NCBI GenBank assembly: GCA_036676335.1 | Contig: JAKFDD010000012.1 | Span: 278,726-342,725, forward strand | Origin: Arenimonas sp. | Lineage (GTDB): Bacteria; Pseudomonadota; Gammaproteobacteria; Xanthomonadales; Xanthomonadaceae | Length of the DNA: 64,000 nucleotides | Direction of reading: 5' to 3' | Shown here: in pieces, positions 28,844 to 38,948 of the stretch | Layout of the letters: the number at the start of each line of letters is the position of its first letter | Numbering within the stretch: position 1 is the stretch's first letter | Notes under the pieces: generated by a model | The model's input: the letters and a program-made list of their open reading frames with translations, nothing else | Databases searched by the model: none | What the model was told of the DNA's origin: nothing | Position numbers and translations under genes: made by a program

Positions 28844-30319
28844 ATGGCCCTCGAATTTCAGATAAATACCCAACCCGCCCTACAAACCGAAACCGATTGC
28901 CTGGTCATAGGTATTTATGCTGACAAAAGCCTGAGTCCAACGGCGAAAGCACTGGATGAAGCCAGCAATGGGCGTTTAAGCGCATTACTGGATCGTGGCG
29001 ATATCTCCGGCAAAACGGGTCGTACCAGCTTTTTACACGATGTTGCCGGTGTCAAAGCCCCGCGAGTGTTGGTTGTTGGTTTGGGTGAAACCGCTAAATT
29101 TGCAGTACCGCAATATATAAAAGCAGTCTCCGATGCTGTTCGCGCATTGCGCGTTGGCCCGGCGAAAAACGCATTGATCAGTTTGACCGAACTCGAAGTA
29201 AAAGGCCGCGATGCCGACTGGAATCTTCGTCAAGCCGTGATCGCCGCCGATCACGCAGCTTACGAATACACCGCTACCCGTAGCAAAAAAGCCGAAGTGA
29301 CCTTGCAGCAAGTCAGCGTGCAGGCAGATGCGACACAAGCCAAAGCCTTGAGCAACGGTATCGCGATTGCGACCGGCGTCCAATTGACACGTGAACTCGG
29401 CAACTTGCCACCCAACATTTGCAATCCGGAATACCTGGCACAGCAAGCCCGCAAAATCGCCTCTGAACAAGAAGGCGTTACTTGCGAAGTGCTTGAACGC
29501 GCCGACATGGAAACCCTCGGCATGGGCTCTTTACTCGCCGTTGCGCGCGGCTCGCACAATGCACCTAAGTTAATCGTGCTGAAGTGGAATGGTGGTGGCG
29601 ATGCGAAACCTTACGCATTGGTCGGCAAAGGCATTACCTTCGATACCGGCGGCATCAATCTGAAAACCCAGGGCGGCATCGAAGAAATGAAATTCGACAT
29701 GCTCGGTGCCGGCACGGTATTCGGTACCTTCCTCAGCGCTGTCTTGATGAAGCTGCCGTTGAATCTGGTCATGGTCGTCGCTGCCGTTGAAAACATGCCT
29801 GACGCGAACGCCTACCGTCCGAGCGATGTACTGACATCGATGAGCGGCAAAACCATCGAAGTCGGCAACACCGATGCCGAAGGCCGCTTGATTCTTTGCG
29901 ATGCACTGACCTACACGCAGCGCTTCGAACCACAAGCAACCGTCGATGTCGCAACTTTGACCGGCGCCTGCGTAATTGCCTTGGGCAAATATGCAACTGG
30001 CTTGATGAGTAAACATGACGACCTGGCCGATGAACTCTATCAAGCCGGTGAACACGTATTCGATCGTGCCTGGCGCCTGCCTTTGTGGGATGAATATCAG
30101 ACGATGATTGACTCTGCATTTGCCGACATCTACAACATCGGTGGCAAAGGCGCTGGCGCGATTACCGCCGGCTGCTTCCTGGCACGCTTCACTGAAGGTC
30201 AACGCTGGGCTCATCTGGATATCGCTGGCACGTCTTGGGATGAAGGCCGCAAAGGCATGGCCAATGGCCGTCCGGTCGGTTTGTTGACGCAGTGGCTGTT
30301 GGATCAGTCAGCCAAGTAA
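28844..30319 (+). CDS. pepA: Leucyl aminopeptidase (M17)
   Basis: NTDAEGRL motif and [14 protein letters not shown] at 28844 (MALEFQI...); the track start at 28826 is TTG. Confidence 0.95.
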   Translation: MALEFQINTQPALQTETDCLVIGIYADKSLSPTAKALDEASNGRLSALLDRGDISGKTGRTSFLHDVAGVKAPRVLVVGLGETAKFAVPQYIKAVSDAVRALRVGPAKNALISLTELEVKGRDADWNLRQAVIAADHAAYEYTATRSKKAEVTLQQVSVQADATQAKALSNGIAIATGVQLTRELGNLPPNICNPEYLAQQARKIASEQEGVTCEVLERADMETLGMGSLLAVARGSHNAPKLIVLKWNGGGDAKPYALVGKGITFDTGGINLKTQGGIEEMKFDMLGAGTVFGTFLSAVLMKLPLNLVMVVAAVENMPDANAYRPSDVLTSMSGKTIEVGNTDAEGRLILCDALTYTQRFEPQATVDVATLTGACVIALGKYATGLMSKHDDLADELYQAGEHVFDRAWRLPLWDEYQTMIDSAFADIYNIGGKGAGAITAGCFLARFTEGQRWAHLDIAGTSWDEGRKGMANGRPVGLLTQWLLDQSAK

Positions 30320-30330
30320 GCGGAATTATC

Positions 30331-30365
30331 GAGCGGAAGATGAATCACTGATTTCTCTTCCGCTC
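30331..30365 (+). other. 10-bp stem hairpin in the pepA-holC spacer (no T-run)
   Basis: gagcggaaga (30331-30340) pairs with tcttccgctc (30356-30365) across a 15-nt loop. It is followed by tandem cgctcac x2 (30361-30374). Role unknown. Confidence 0.4.
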
Positions 30366-30393
30366 ACCGCTCACAAATCACGGCTCATCTAAT

Positions 30394-30819
30394 ATGCCCA
30401 GAGCAGATTTTTATCTAATCGCGAAGCCGCGTTTCATCGAGAAACCGCTACTGCTGGTTTGCGAACTTGCGCGCAAAGCGCATGACAGCGGACAGAGCCT
30501 GATTATTCTGGTCAACTCAATGACACAGGCCGAAGTACTCGATGATTTGCTTTGGGAGTTTGATCCGGACGCCTATATCCCGCATCAGATTGCGGGACAA
30601 GACGAAGACGATGACATCACGCCGGTATTGATCGTCGCACCGGAAACCGACGTACCGATGCGGCCATTGGTAATCAATCTTCGTAATGCGCCAGTCGATG
30701 GGCAATTTGAACGCGTACTGGAAGTAGTCCCGGCCGATGCATCGGCACGCGAACCATTGCGTGCGCGCTGGAAACATTATCAATCACTTGGATTCGAGCT
30801 GAAAAAGTTTGATATGTAG
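30394..30819 (+). CDS. holC: DNA polymerase III subunit chi
   Basis: MPRADFYLI...LLWEFDPDAYIPH chi-family N-terminus; pepA-holC synteny. Confidence 0.88.
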   Translation: MPRADFYLIAKPRFIEKPLLLVCELARKAHDSGQSLIILVNSMTQAEVLDDLLWEFDPDAYIPHQIAGQDEDDDITPVLIVAPETDVPMRPLVINLRNAPVDGQFERVLEVVPADASAREPLRARWKHYQSLGFELKKFDM

Positions 30820-30825
30820 CAGGCG

Positions 30826-31824
30826 CTAGTGCGTTTTGCGTTTCCGCGCCTCTTCAGCGATGTCTTCCATCAACAGCTGGATACGCTCCTTGAAATCGGC
30901 ATCGTTACTCAAGAAATAATTTCTCGCAGCCTGACCCAATTTCACGGCCTGTTCGGTTTTCATGTTCAAGGCATGCTCAATCGTGGATTGCAGCTGTGCT
31001 TCGTCAACGTGATAGCAGGTGGCAAGGTTTTGCTTGCTGGTTCGATCGTAGCCAACCAGCAAACCGCGATCAGCGGTCACCAATTCGTTCATCGGCGGAG
31101 CGTCGGTCGTGATCACGACAGCCTGCATACTCATCGCCTCCATCAAGTAATGCCCGAAACCTTCGGTGTCGGAAATGCATAGATGGAACAAATGCTGATT
31201 TTGCATCAACTTCAATTCGGCATCGTCGAGATAGCGAAGGACATGTCGAATGTTATGCGTGCTTGAATCGGTCTCGGCCTTGTTAGGATGTTGAACGACA
31301 GTCAAGAGTGGCCAGTTCGGATGTTTTTGCCACAGAGCGATCAGACTCTCGGTTCCCTTATTCAAACTTTTCCCGGCAAGATGGAAAAAACCGGTTTGCT
31401 TGGTTACTTCCGGCAACCAGCGATCTTCGCTGCTAAAGCCGGTATAGCGTGTTTTGCAACCCAGATCCGAAAATATGGTTTCGGCATGCCGGGTTTTCAC
31501 CAGAACAAAATCCAGATCCGGCAAATGTCGCATCCATTTGGGCAAGGTCCATTCCGGATTCGGCATCAATATGTTCAACCTCGCGCTACTGAAAAGCGTC
31601 GGATGCAATCTTTCCAGAAAAATATTGATCGACGGCGTACTGGCACTTCCCTGGATCGATAGTCGCTGCAGCCATTTGCTGAATTTATTGGTCTTGAAAC
31701 GATTTTGTTCGACCCGGAATCGACCTGACATCAATGCTGCGTTGAGCAACTCGGCATCCTTTACCAAACCAACGCCATTGTCTTGCGTGATGATGCGGAT
31801 GTCGGTCAAATTTTTATTGTGCAT
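30826..31824 (-). CDS. GT-B (GT4/GT1-like) glycosyltransferase, orphan
   Basis: EX7E-type motif SDTEGFGHYLMEAMSMQAVVITTD. The track start is TTG at 31848; the first ATG is 31822-31824. Confidence 0.6.
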   Translation of the reverse strand: MHNKNLTDIRIITQDNGVGLVKDAELLNAALMSGRFRVEQNRFKTNKFSKWLQRLSIQGSASTPSINIFLERLHPTLFSSARLNILMPNPEWTLPKWMRHLPDLDFVLVKTRHAETIFSDLGCKTRYTGFSSEDRWLPEVTKQTGFFHLAGKSLNKGTESLIALWQKHPNWPLLTVVQHPNKAETDSSTHNIRHVLRYLDDAELKLMQNQHLFHLCISDTEGFGHYLMEAMSMQAVVITTDAPPMNELVTADRGLLVGYDRTSKQNLATCYHVDEAQLQSTIEHALNMKTEQAVKLGQAARNYFLSNDADFKERIQLLMEDIAEEARKRKTH

Positions 31825-32000
31825 TCGAGGATTGACTCTGATTGGCAACTAGCGAGAGCAACACATGGGAGCGTTTCTCACCAATGTCGCCGCCAGTGTT
31901 ACGCGGGCAACCAATCTAGCAAGTCGAACCTTAACCTAAGGTTGCATTTTATCTTGCATATGGAGTCGACAATTCGATTAAAGTTCAAAGTGTGATCGAA

Positions 32001-33311
32001 TCAACGTTCTGCGAGTATCGTTTCGACCTCATCGATCGCCTTGGGTACTTTATGACTCAACACTTCAGGGCCTTTGCTGGTAATCAACACATCGTCTTCG
32101 ATGCGAATACCGATGCCCTGATATTTTTCCGGTACGCCTTTTGTTCCAGGCGCAATATATAAACCCGGCTCGATCGTGAAGACCATATTGGCTTCAAGCT
32201 CGCGAAAATCGCCGGCAATTTTATATTCACCGACGTCATGCACATCCAGACCGATCCAGTGCCCGGTTTTATGCATATAGAATTTTTTGTAGTCGCCGGA
32301 AACGAGATTTTGTTTCAGGCTGCCCTTCAGCAATCCCAACGACAATAAACCTTCCGTTAAGACCTCCACGGCCGCATCGTGTCCTGCAATCCAGGCTTGG
32401 CCTACTCTCGCCTTCGACAAGGCAGCGGCTTGCGCATCGAGAACAATCTGATACAGCGCGCGCTGTTCTTTCGAGTACCGGCCATTGACCGGCCAGGTGC
32501 GCGTGATGTCGGAAGCATAATAGCCATACTCCGCGCCGGCATCGCACAACAGCAAATCTCCGTCATTCAAGCGCGCATTGTTTGCCCGATAATGCAGCAC
32601 GCAAGCATTGGCACCGGTGCCGACAATCGGTTCATAGGAAGCGACCGCATTATTTTTCTTGTAGCAATATTGCAGTGCTGCCTCGATTTCGTATTCATAC
32701 AAGCCAGGACGGGTAGCACGCATGGCAGCGATTTGCGCCTGCGCTGCAATATCCGCCGAGCGCTGCATTAATTTAATTTCGTCCTTGCTTTTGAACAGAC
32801 GGCATTCATGCAGTAAATGCCCGAGTTCGAGAAATTCATGCGGCGGCTCGGCACCCATGCGCATTTGCGCACGCACGCGATTCAACCAGCCAATCAATTT
32901 CAGATCGAATTCCTTATCGCGGCCAAAATGGTAATAAACGCGACGACGACCTTCCAGCAAGCCGGGCAGGATCTCGTCGAGATCGTCGATCGAATACGCA
33001 TCGTCCATGCCAAGCGTTTCAACCGAACCTTCCGGACCCACTCGCGGTCCATCCCAGGCTTCGCGCTCCGGATTGCGTTCTCGGCAAAACAGTAGATTTT
33101 CGCCATGCTTCCGACCCGGCACCATGACCAGAACCGCTTCGGGTTCGGCAAAACCGGTTAGATACCAAAAATCCGAATCCTGCCGATAAGGATAATGCGT
33201 GTCGTTGCTGCGAATACGTTCCGGTGCCGACGGCAAAATAATAATGGCATCGTCCTGCGCCATTCGCATCAATTGTTTACGACGCTTGATGAATTCTTTT
33301 TGGGCAATCAT
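32001..33311 (-). CDS. pepP: Xaa-Pro aminopeptidase (M24B)
   Basis: Metal ligands in DAGAEYGYYASDITRT, HWIGLDVHD and TIEPG...IRIEDD. Confidence 0.93.
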   Translation of the reverse strand: MIAQKEFIKRRKQLMRMAQDDAIIILPSAPERIRSNDTHYPYRQDSDFWYLTGFAEPEAVLVMVPGRKHGENLLFCRERNPEREAWDGPRVGPEGSVETLGMDDAYSIDDLDEILPGLLEGRRRVYYHFGRDKEFDLKLIGWLNRVRAQMRMGAEPPHEFLELGHLLHECRLFKSKDEIKLMQRSADIAAQAQIAAMRATRPGLYEYEIEAALQYCYKKNNAVASYEPIVGTGANACVLHYRANNARLNDGDLLLCDAGAEYGYYASDITRTWPVNGRYSKEQRALYQIVLDAQAAALSKARVGQAWIAGHDAAVEVLTEGLLSLGLLKGSLKQNLVSGDYKKFYMHKTGHWIGLDVHDVGEYKIAGDFRELEANMVFTIEPGLYIAPGTKGVPEKYQGIGIRIEDDVLITSKGPEVLSHKVPKAIDEVETILAER

Positions 33312-33324
33312 GTAATCAGCCGGA

Positions 33325-33876
33325 TTAGTTTAGTTTGCGACGATGGCGAGGTCCGAGCACGCAATCGCTATGTACCAACATCGCGGCGACACGGACAAAT
33401 TCGGATACTTCCTCAAAGGCTTCTTCATCGCTATCGGCGTCTTCATAACTGAGCTCACTCGCAGCGATACGACCCAAATCGGTCAGTGCATCCTGGGTTT
33501 CTTCCGACATTTTTTTCAGATCTGCGCCTGACAGGCCGACGCCGCCCAGAAACCCGCGACACCATGACAACAAGGCATCGCCGCGTTCTGCCACCGGTGC
33601 ATCGCTATCGGGCAATAACAAGTCGAATTCGAATTCTTCCGAAGCCAAACCGGCACAGGTAGCTTCATACATTTGCGCCAAATCGGTGCCGGGTTCAACT
33701 TCATGGATGGCATCGTCACTCAACACCACGCTCAGCCAGTTCTCCGCATTAGCCTGTCCGCCACCGCACAAGTAACCACACAGACTGCCATGCAGCTCAG
33801 GCGCTTCAACCCCAAGCGAATACATCAGCGGTGATTTCGCCAGATTGGAATACAAGGGAAGTACCGGCTGATTCAT
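33325..33876 (-). CDS. UPF0149 (YgfB-like) family protein
   Basis: GVEAPELHGSLCGYLCGG motif; conserved position upstream of pepP; ATG 33874-33876. Confidence 0.75.
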   Translation of the reverse strand: MNQPVLPLYSNLAKSPLMYSLGVEAPELHGSLCGYLCGGGQANAENWLSVVLSDDAIHEVEPGTDLAQMYEATCAGLASEEFEFDLLLPDSDAPVAERGDALLSWCRGFLGGVGLSGADLKKMSEETQDALTDLGRIAASELSYEDADSDEEAFEEVSEFVRVAAMLVHSDCVLGPRHRRKLN

Positions 33877-34048
33877 ATTAAAACCCTGAAAGGCAGGCCT
33901 ATATTCTAGCAAGCCTGTTAAACGTCTTGTGACATTGTGCCTCCGACCACTACACTGGTGGACGGGGAAACATTCGATAGGGGCCTGCTCAGTGCCATTG
34001 CGCGATATACCAGCTAGTTGTTTAACCCGCTTTTACAGTCTGGCGGGG

Positions 34049-36307
34049 ATGCTCGGTATTTATTCAGCGTCCGATACCGTCCTCGGCAGCCAAACGACCG
34101 CCTCAAGTGCAGCCAGCATTGCGCCGCAAGTTGCATTGATCGTGACTGCGGCATTTCTGGGGCTATTACTTTGGCGAATTTGGCGTCGCCGTGCCTTGCA
34201 AGAAGCCGAACTACTCGAAGAAATTCGTGAGCGCGAAGCACGACTCAATTTGGCACTCTGGGGTTCGGGCGATGAGTTCTGGGATTGGAATATTCCGGAA
34301 AACAGTCTTTATCGTTTAGGTGCGAACCAATTACTGGGCCAAGGCGCAACCGAGTCGATGAGTACGGATGACTGGCGTTCGCATTCGCTGCATCCCGATG
34401 ATTTACCACGCGTACAAAAATTATTGCAGGAACACTTGATCGGCCAAAGTGAAGTATTCGAGTCCGAACACCGAATTCGCAACAGCGCTGGTGAATGGAT
34501 TTGGGTGCGTTCTCGCGGCAAATTGGTCGAACGCGATGCCGACGGCAAACCGCTCCGCATGGCGGGTACCGCAAGAGATATCACGCTGATTCGTCGCGCT
34601 GAACGTGAACGCCGGGTTGCACTTGAAGTATTACGCAGCATGAGCGAAGCCGTTGCGGTAATTGATCTGGAATTCCGTTTCATCTCGGTCAATCCGGCTT
34701 TCTCTCGCATTACCGGTTACAACGATGAAGAAGTCATCGGACAAAACAGCCGCATTCTCGATTCCACCCAACACGGTGCCGATTTCTATCGCCGTGTCCG
34801 CGACATTCTCGAACGCACGGGCCATTGGGCCGGCGAAATGTGGCAAAAACGCAAAGATGGCGATGAATTTCTGGGCTGGATTGAAATGTCGGAAGTTCGC
34901 GATGCCCACGGAACGCGCAGCCATTTCGTCGCCGTGGTGAATGACATCACCGATAAAAAACGTGCCGAACAGGAACTACGCTATCTCGCCAATTACGACA
35001 CGCTGACCGGATTGCCGAATCGTGCCTTGCTGTCGGAGCGCCTGGGCCGTGCGATCGTCCGCGCTCGTCGGCAGGAAACCCGCGTTGCGGTTTTATTTCT
35101 TGATCTTGATCGCTTCAAAGACATTAATGACTCATTGGGCCACGCCGCCGGTGATCGTTTATTGAAAGCGGCGGCAACCCGCATCCAGGCAACCGTCGGC
35201 GCTTCGGATACCGTCGCAAGACTTGGCGGCGATGAATTTACCGTGATTCTGGAAGACGTCGAAAGCTTGGCGGCAGTAGAACGCATGGCACGCGAAATTC
35301 TCACCGCTTTCTCGATGCCGCTGGAAGTCGATGAACGCCACGACGTCAGCATTACGCCGTCGCTGGGTATCAGCCTGTACCCCGATCACGCGCTGGTACC
35401 GACCGATTTGCTGAAGTTCGCCGATACTGCGATGTACCAAGCGAAAGCCGAAGGTCGCAATACCTTCCAGATTTACAACGAAACCATGGACGCCGAAGCC
35501 CGCCGGCGCGCCCAGATTCTTGCCTGCCTGCGCAAGGCACTGGATAAGGGCGAGTTCCGTCTTGTGTATCAACCTCGCATGTCACTGGCCGACGGTCGTA
35601 TCACCGGTGTCGAAGCGCTCCTGCGTTGGCACAGCGCCGAACTCGGCGATATCAGTCCTGTCACCTTTATTCCGCTGGCCGAAGAAAGCGGCTTGATACT
35701 TCCGATCGGCGAATGGGTGTTGCAAGAAGCCTGCATGGCCCTGAAACGCTGGCGCAAGCATGACCTGACCGAACTCTCGATGGCGGTCAACGTATCGGTC
35801 ATGCAATTACTGCGCGGCAACCTGGCGCAAACGCTTAAACGCATTCTGGAAGAAACCGAAATTCCACCAAACCGGCTGGAACTGGAATTGACTGAAAGCA
35901 TGGTGATGGAAAACGCCGAGCAGGCGACCGTCGTACTCAATGAGTTACGTGCATTGGGTTTGACGCTGGCGATTGATGACTTCGGCACCGGTTATTCGTC
36001 GCTGGTGTATTTGAAACGCCTGCCAATCGACACCCTGAAAATCGACAAGGCATTTATCGGCGATCTCGACCATGACCCGGACGACGAAGCCATTACCGCC
36101 ACTATTATCACGATGAGTCATTCGCTTGGCTTGAACGTGATCGCGGAAGGTGTCGAGACCGAACAACAACTACGCTATTTGCGCGAGCAAGGCTGTGATG
36201 AAATCCAGGGTTATTGGTTGTCGCCACCGATTGACGGCCATCGCTGCCTGGCTTTCATCCGAAGCTGGCAACCCAGCTCGGTTGCCGCGATCCCGGCTCC
36301 GTACTAA
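34049..36307 (+). CDS. Membrane-anchored PAS/PAC - GGDEF - EAL c-di-GMP turnover protein
   Basis: Intact GGDEF (RLGGDEFTV) and EAL (GVEALLRW, DDFGTGYSSL, QGYW) motifs with two PAS-like segments. Start is uncertain: the track GTG is at 33929 and the first ATG is 34049. Confidence 0.88.
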   Translation: MLGIYSASDTVLGSQTTASSAASIAPQVALIVTAAFLGLLLWRIWRRRALQEAELLEEIREREARLNLALWGSGDEFWDWNIPENSLYRLGANQLLGQGATESMSTDDWRSHSLHPDDLPRVQKLLQEHLIGQSEVFESEHRIRNSAGEWIWVRSRGKLVERDADGKPLRMAGTARDITLIRRAERERRVALEVLRSMSEAVAVIDLEFRFISVNPAFSRITGYNDEEVIGQNSRILDSTQHGADFYRRVRDILERTGHWAGEMWQKRKDGDEFLGWIEMSEVRDAHGTRSHFVAVVNDITDKKRAEQELRYLANYDTLTGLPNRALLSERLGRAIVRARRQETRVAVLFLDLDRFKDINDSLGHAAGDRLLKAAATRIQATVGASDTVARLGGDEFTVILEDVESLAAVERMAREILTAFSMPLEVDERHDVSITPSLGISLYPDHALVPTDLLKFADTAMYQAKAEGRNTFQIYNETMDAEARRRAQILACLRKALDKGEFRLVYQPRMSLADGRITGVEALLRWHSAELGDISPVTFIPLAEESGLILPIGEWVLQEACMALKRWRKHDLTELSMAVNVSVMQLLRGNLAQTLKRILEETEIPPNRLELELTESMVMENAEQATVVLNELRALGLTLAIDDFGTGYSSLVYLKRLPIDTLKIDKAFIGDLDHDPDDEAITATIITMSHSLGLNVIAEGVETEQQLRYLREQGCDEIQGYWLSPPIDGHRCLAFIRSWQPSSVAAIPAPY

Positions 36308-36367
36308 AGCCCGCAGTTCGTCGGAATTCGCTTGACCCCCTATTGAACTGACACTATCGTTAAGACC

Positions 36368-36589
36368 ATGAACCTTCCTGACGTGAATCAACAAATCAAG
36401 GCCTTGGCTGAGCGGGTCGATCGTCTGATCGAGGTTTCCCGTCGCCTGCAAGACGAAAACCGCAGTTTGCGATTAAGTCAGGAACAATTGACCAACGAAC
36501 GTTCGCAATTGATGAGTAAAAACGAGCTCGCACGCTCTCGGGTGGAAGCGATGATCAATCGCCTGAAATCCCTGGAGCAAAACGCGTGA
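36368..36589 (+). CDS. Small coiled-coil protein (TIGR02449-like, ZapB-like) upstream of zapA
   Basis: 73-aa heptad-rich sequence that overlaps the zapA start by 4 nt. Confidence 0.6.
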   Translation: MNLPDVNQQIKALAERVDRLIEVSRRLQDENRSLRLSQEQLTNERSQLMSKNELARSRVEAMINRLKSLEQNA

Positions 36590-36882
36590 GCACACCGTTC
36601 AACGTAAAAATACTCGATCGCGAATTTACCGTTGGTGTCGAAACAGGCGAACAGGAAAGTTTATTGGCATCGGCCCGTTTCCTGGATGCAAGGATGCGTG
36701 AAATTCGAGGCAACAATCGCATGGTTTCCATCGATCAGCTTGCCGTACTCGCCGCGCTGAATCTGGCGCACGAATTTTTGCAGCTCAAAAAAGCCGCGGA
36801 TGAACGCGACGGCGTACTGCACCAGACCCTCGGCGACATGAATAGAAAACTCGATGGTTTGTTCGATTCGTTGCCACGATAG
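36586..36882 (+). CDS. zapA: Cell division protein ZapA
   Basis: ILDREFTV...LAVLAALNLAHEF pattern. Located 5' of 6S RNA and the 5-FCL gene, the canonical synteny. Confidence 0.85.
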   Translation: MSTPFNVKILDREFTVGVETGEQESLLASARFLDARMREIRGNNRMVSIDQLAVLAALNLAHEFLQLKKAADERDGVLHQTLGDMNRKLDGLFDSLPR

Positions 36883-36904
36883 TTTGAAATAGTTCAATAA
36901 TATT

Positions 36905-36959
36905 TGTGAATTAAATTCACGTTTAAATTCACATTTTTTTTCGAATTAAGTTCTATACT
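36905..36959 (+). promoter_or_regulatory. Candidate 6S RNA promoter region with upstream palindrome, possibly also the zapA terminator
   Basis: TATACT at 36954-36959 lies about 9 nt before the predicted 6S 5' end. GTGAATT-A-AATTCAC palindrome at 36906-36920. TGTGAATT (36905-36912) could pair with AATTCACA (36926-36933), which is followed by T8. No clean -35 was seen. Confidence 0.4.
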
Positions 36960-36968
36960 ATGTTCGTG

Positions 36969-37152
36969 TCCTCTGCTGTGTTTGACAGCTTACGCAAACA
37001 TTTCGCCTTGACCCATAAATACGGCCCGGGAATTTGTTGACGACGACGGTGTGCATGTCCGCCCTGTTGCGGGAAGCCTGAAGTTTTCGCCCAGATGCCC
37101 ACTTGATCCTCCTGGATCAAGGTCGTTTCGTAAGCATCGGCATGGTGGAGGA
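36969..37152 (+). ncRNA. ssrS: 6S RNA
   Basis: Lies between zapA and the 5-FCL gene. The 5' UCCUCUGCUGUG pairs base-for-base (with GU wobbles) with the 3' CAUGGUGGAGGA. An internal ACUUGAUCC..GGAUCAAGG hairpin and a GGGAAGCCUGAA segment resemble the E. coli 6S 3' arm. Length is 184 nt. Confidence 0.85.
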
Positions 37153-37771
37153 TGCAATTTTGAATTCAGGCCCGACGATAAATTCAGACCAAACCATTCG
37201 CGCAGAAAAAAAACGTCTGCGATTGGATTTCAGGGCCAGGCGTTCGGCAATATCTGCCCCGCGACGCATGCAAACTGCCGAAGCCGTTGCACAACAGCTC
37301 CTTCAATTACCCGAATGGAAGTTGGCAAGCTATGTGGCCGGCTATTGGGCCACACAAGGCGAAGTGCCGCTGCATGTTGTACAAATGCGCCTACAAACGC
37401 CGAAAGTTTGGTGTCTGCCGATTATCCAGCCCGACAAGACATTGAAGTTTGCATCCTGGCGTTCGGGTGATGATCTGGTTAGCAATCAATACGGCATACC
37501 CGAGCCCGATGTTTCGCCGACATCAGCATTATGCCCCACTGAAATGAGCATTGTTTTGATCCCGCTACTCGCCTACACCCGAACAGGTTTACGACTCGGA
37601 ATGGGGGGCGGTTATTACGATCGCAGCTTCGCTTTCCGTCACTCAGTATCACCACCGCCGCTGCTTGTTGGCGTGGCCTATTCAGATCAGGAAGCAGAAC
37701 ACATACCTGCGCAAGAATGGGATGTGAGACTCGATATGCTTATCAATGAACGGGAAGTTTTACGTTTTTAA
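37142..37771 (+). CDS. ygfA: 5-formyltetrahydrofolate cyclo-ligase
   Basis: Family motifs IPEPD, LIPLLAY and GMGGGYYDR. ATG at 37142 overlaps the 6S 3' end, as in other gammaproteobacteria. The track start at 37103 is TTG. Confidence 0.85.
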   Translation: MVEDAILNSGPTINSDQTIRAEKKRLRLDFRARRSAISAPRRMQTAEAVAQQLLQLPEWKLASYVAGYWATQGEVPLHVVQMRLQTPKVWCLPIIQPDKTLKFASWRSGDDLVSNQYGIPEPDVSPTSALCPTEMSIVLIPLLAYTRTGLRLGMGGGYYDRSFAFRHSVSPPPLLVGVAYSDQEAEHIPAQEWDVRLDMLINEREVLRF

Positions 37772-37807
37772 ATATATGAATTTCAGGAAAGACTCGAGGT
37801 AAATGCA

Positions 37808-38263
37808 ATGCGCTATTGGCTGATGAAGACTGAGCCCGAAGAATTTTCGATCGACGATCTCAAACGCGTCAAACGCGAACCCTGGAGTGGCGTACGAAAT
37901 TACCAGGCCCGCAATTACATGATGAAAGACATGAAAGTCGGTGATGGCGTTTTTTTCTACCATTCGAATACGGCTATCCCGGGTATTGCCGGCTTGGCCG
38001 AAGTTGCCTGCGACTGCTATCCAGACCCAACCCAGTTCAACAAGAAATCCGACTATTACGATGCTGCCAGCACACAGGAAAATCCCCGCTGGTGGCTGGT
38101 GGACGTCAGCTTCAAGCGTAAATTAAAGCGCGTTATTTCGCTGGATGAATTAAAATTGCAGGCAGAGCATCTGGAAGATTTTGCCCTGCTGAAACGCGGT
38201 AATCGTCTGTCCGTCTTGCCAGTCACGGCTCAGCAATGGAAATTCATTTTAGCTTTGGAGTAA
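37808..38263 (+). CDS. EVE (PUA-like) domain protein
   Basis: MRYWLMKTEPEEFSIDDL...GVRNYQARNYM...FFYHSN signature. Confidence 0.85.
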   Translation: MRYWLMKTEPEEFSIDDLKRVKREPWSGVRNYQARNYMMKDMKVGDGVFFYHSNTAIPGIAGLAEVACDCYPDPTQFNKKSDYYDAASTQENPRWWLVDVSFKRKLKRVISLDELKLQAEHLEDFALLKRGNRLSVLPVTAQQWKFILALE

Positions 38264-38266
38264 GTC

Positions 38267-38911
38267 ATGTCGCAAAACGAAGGCAAGCGCCTGTCCGGCG
38301 AAGCTGCCGCAAAATTCATTGAGGAAGGCACCGTGGTCGGCGTTGGTACCGGCTCGACAGTCGCCTTTTTCATCGAAGCCCTGGCTCGCATGAAACATCA
38401 GATCGAAGGCGCTGTTTCCAGTTCGGAACAGAGCACCGCCTTACTCAAGAAGCATGGCATTCCGGTGCTTGACTTGAATTCGACCGGTGAACTTTCGCTT
38501 TACGTCGATGGCGCCGATGAATGTGATCCTCATAATCGCCTGATCAAGGGCGGCGGCGGCGCATTAACGCGGGAAAAGATCATTGCAGCGACCAGCAAGA
38601 AATTCGTCTGCATCATCGATGCCAGTAAAGAAGTGACGTTACTCGGCAAATTTCCGTTACCGATTGAAGTGATCCCGATGGCTCGCAGCTATGTTGCCCG
38701 CGAAATCGTCGCTCGCGGCGGGCAACCCGTTTGGCGCGAAGGCAAAGTCACCGATAACGGCAACTGGATTCTGGATGTTTATAACTGGCAGATCGTCGAC
38801 CCTGTGGGAATGGAAGCCGAGCTGAATCAAATTACCGGTGTTGTCTGCGTCGGCCTATTCGCAAAGCGTGCGGCCGATATCGTGATCGTCGATGGCGTTC
38901 AACGCAAATAA
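38267..38911 (+). CDS. rpiA: Ribose-5-phosphate isomerase A
   Basis: [13 protein letters not shown] and [11 protein letters not shown] motifs. Confidence 0.93.
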   Translation: MSQNEGKRLSGEAAAKFIEEGTVVGVGTGSTVAFFIEALARMKHQIEGAVSSSEQSTALLKKHGIPVLDLNSTGELSLYVDGADECDPHNRLIKGGGGALTREKIIAATSKKFVCIIDASKEVTLLGKFPLPIEVIPMARSYVAREIVARGGQPVWREGKVTDNGNWILDVYNWQIVDPVGMEAELNQITGVVCVGLFAKRAADIVIVDGVQRK

Positions 38912-38948
38912 CCGAATGTGAAATGGCCGGGAAACCCCGGCCATTATT

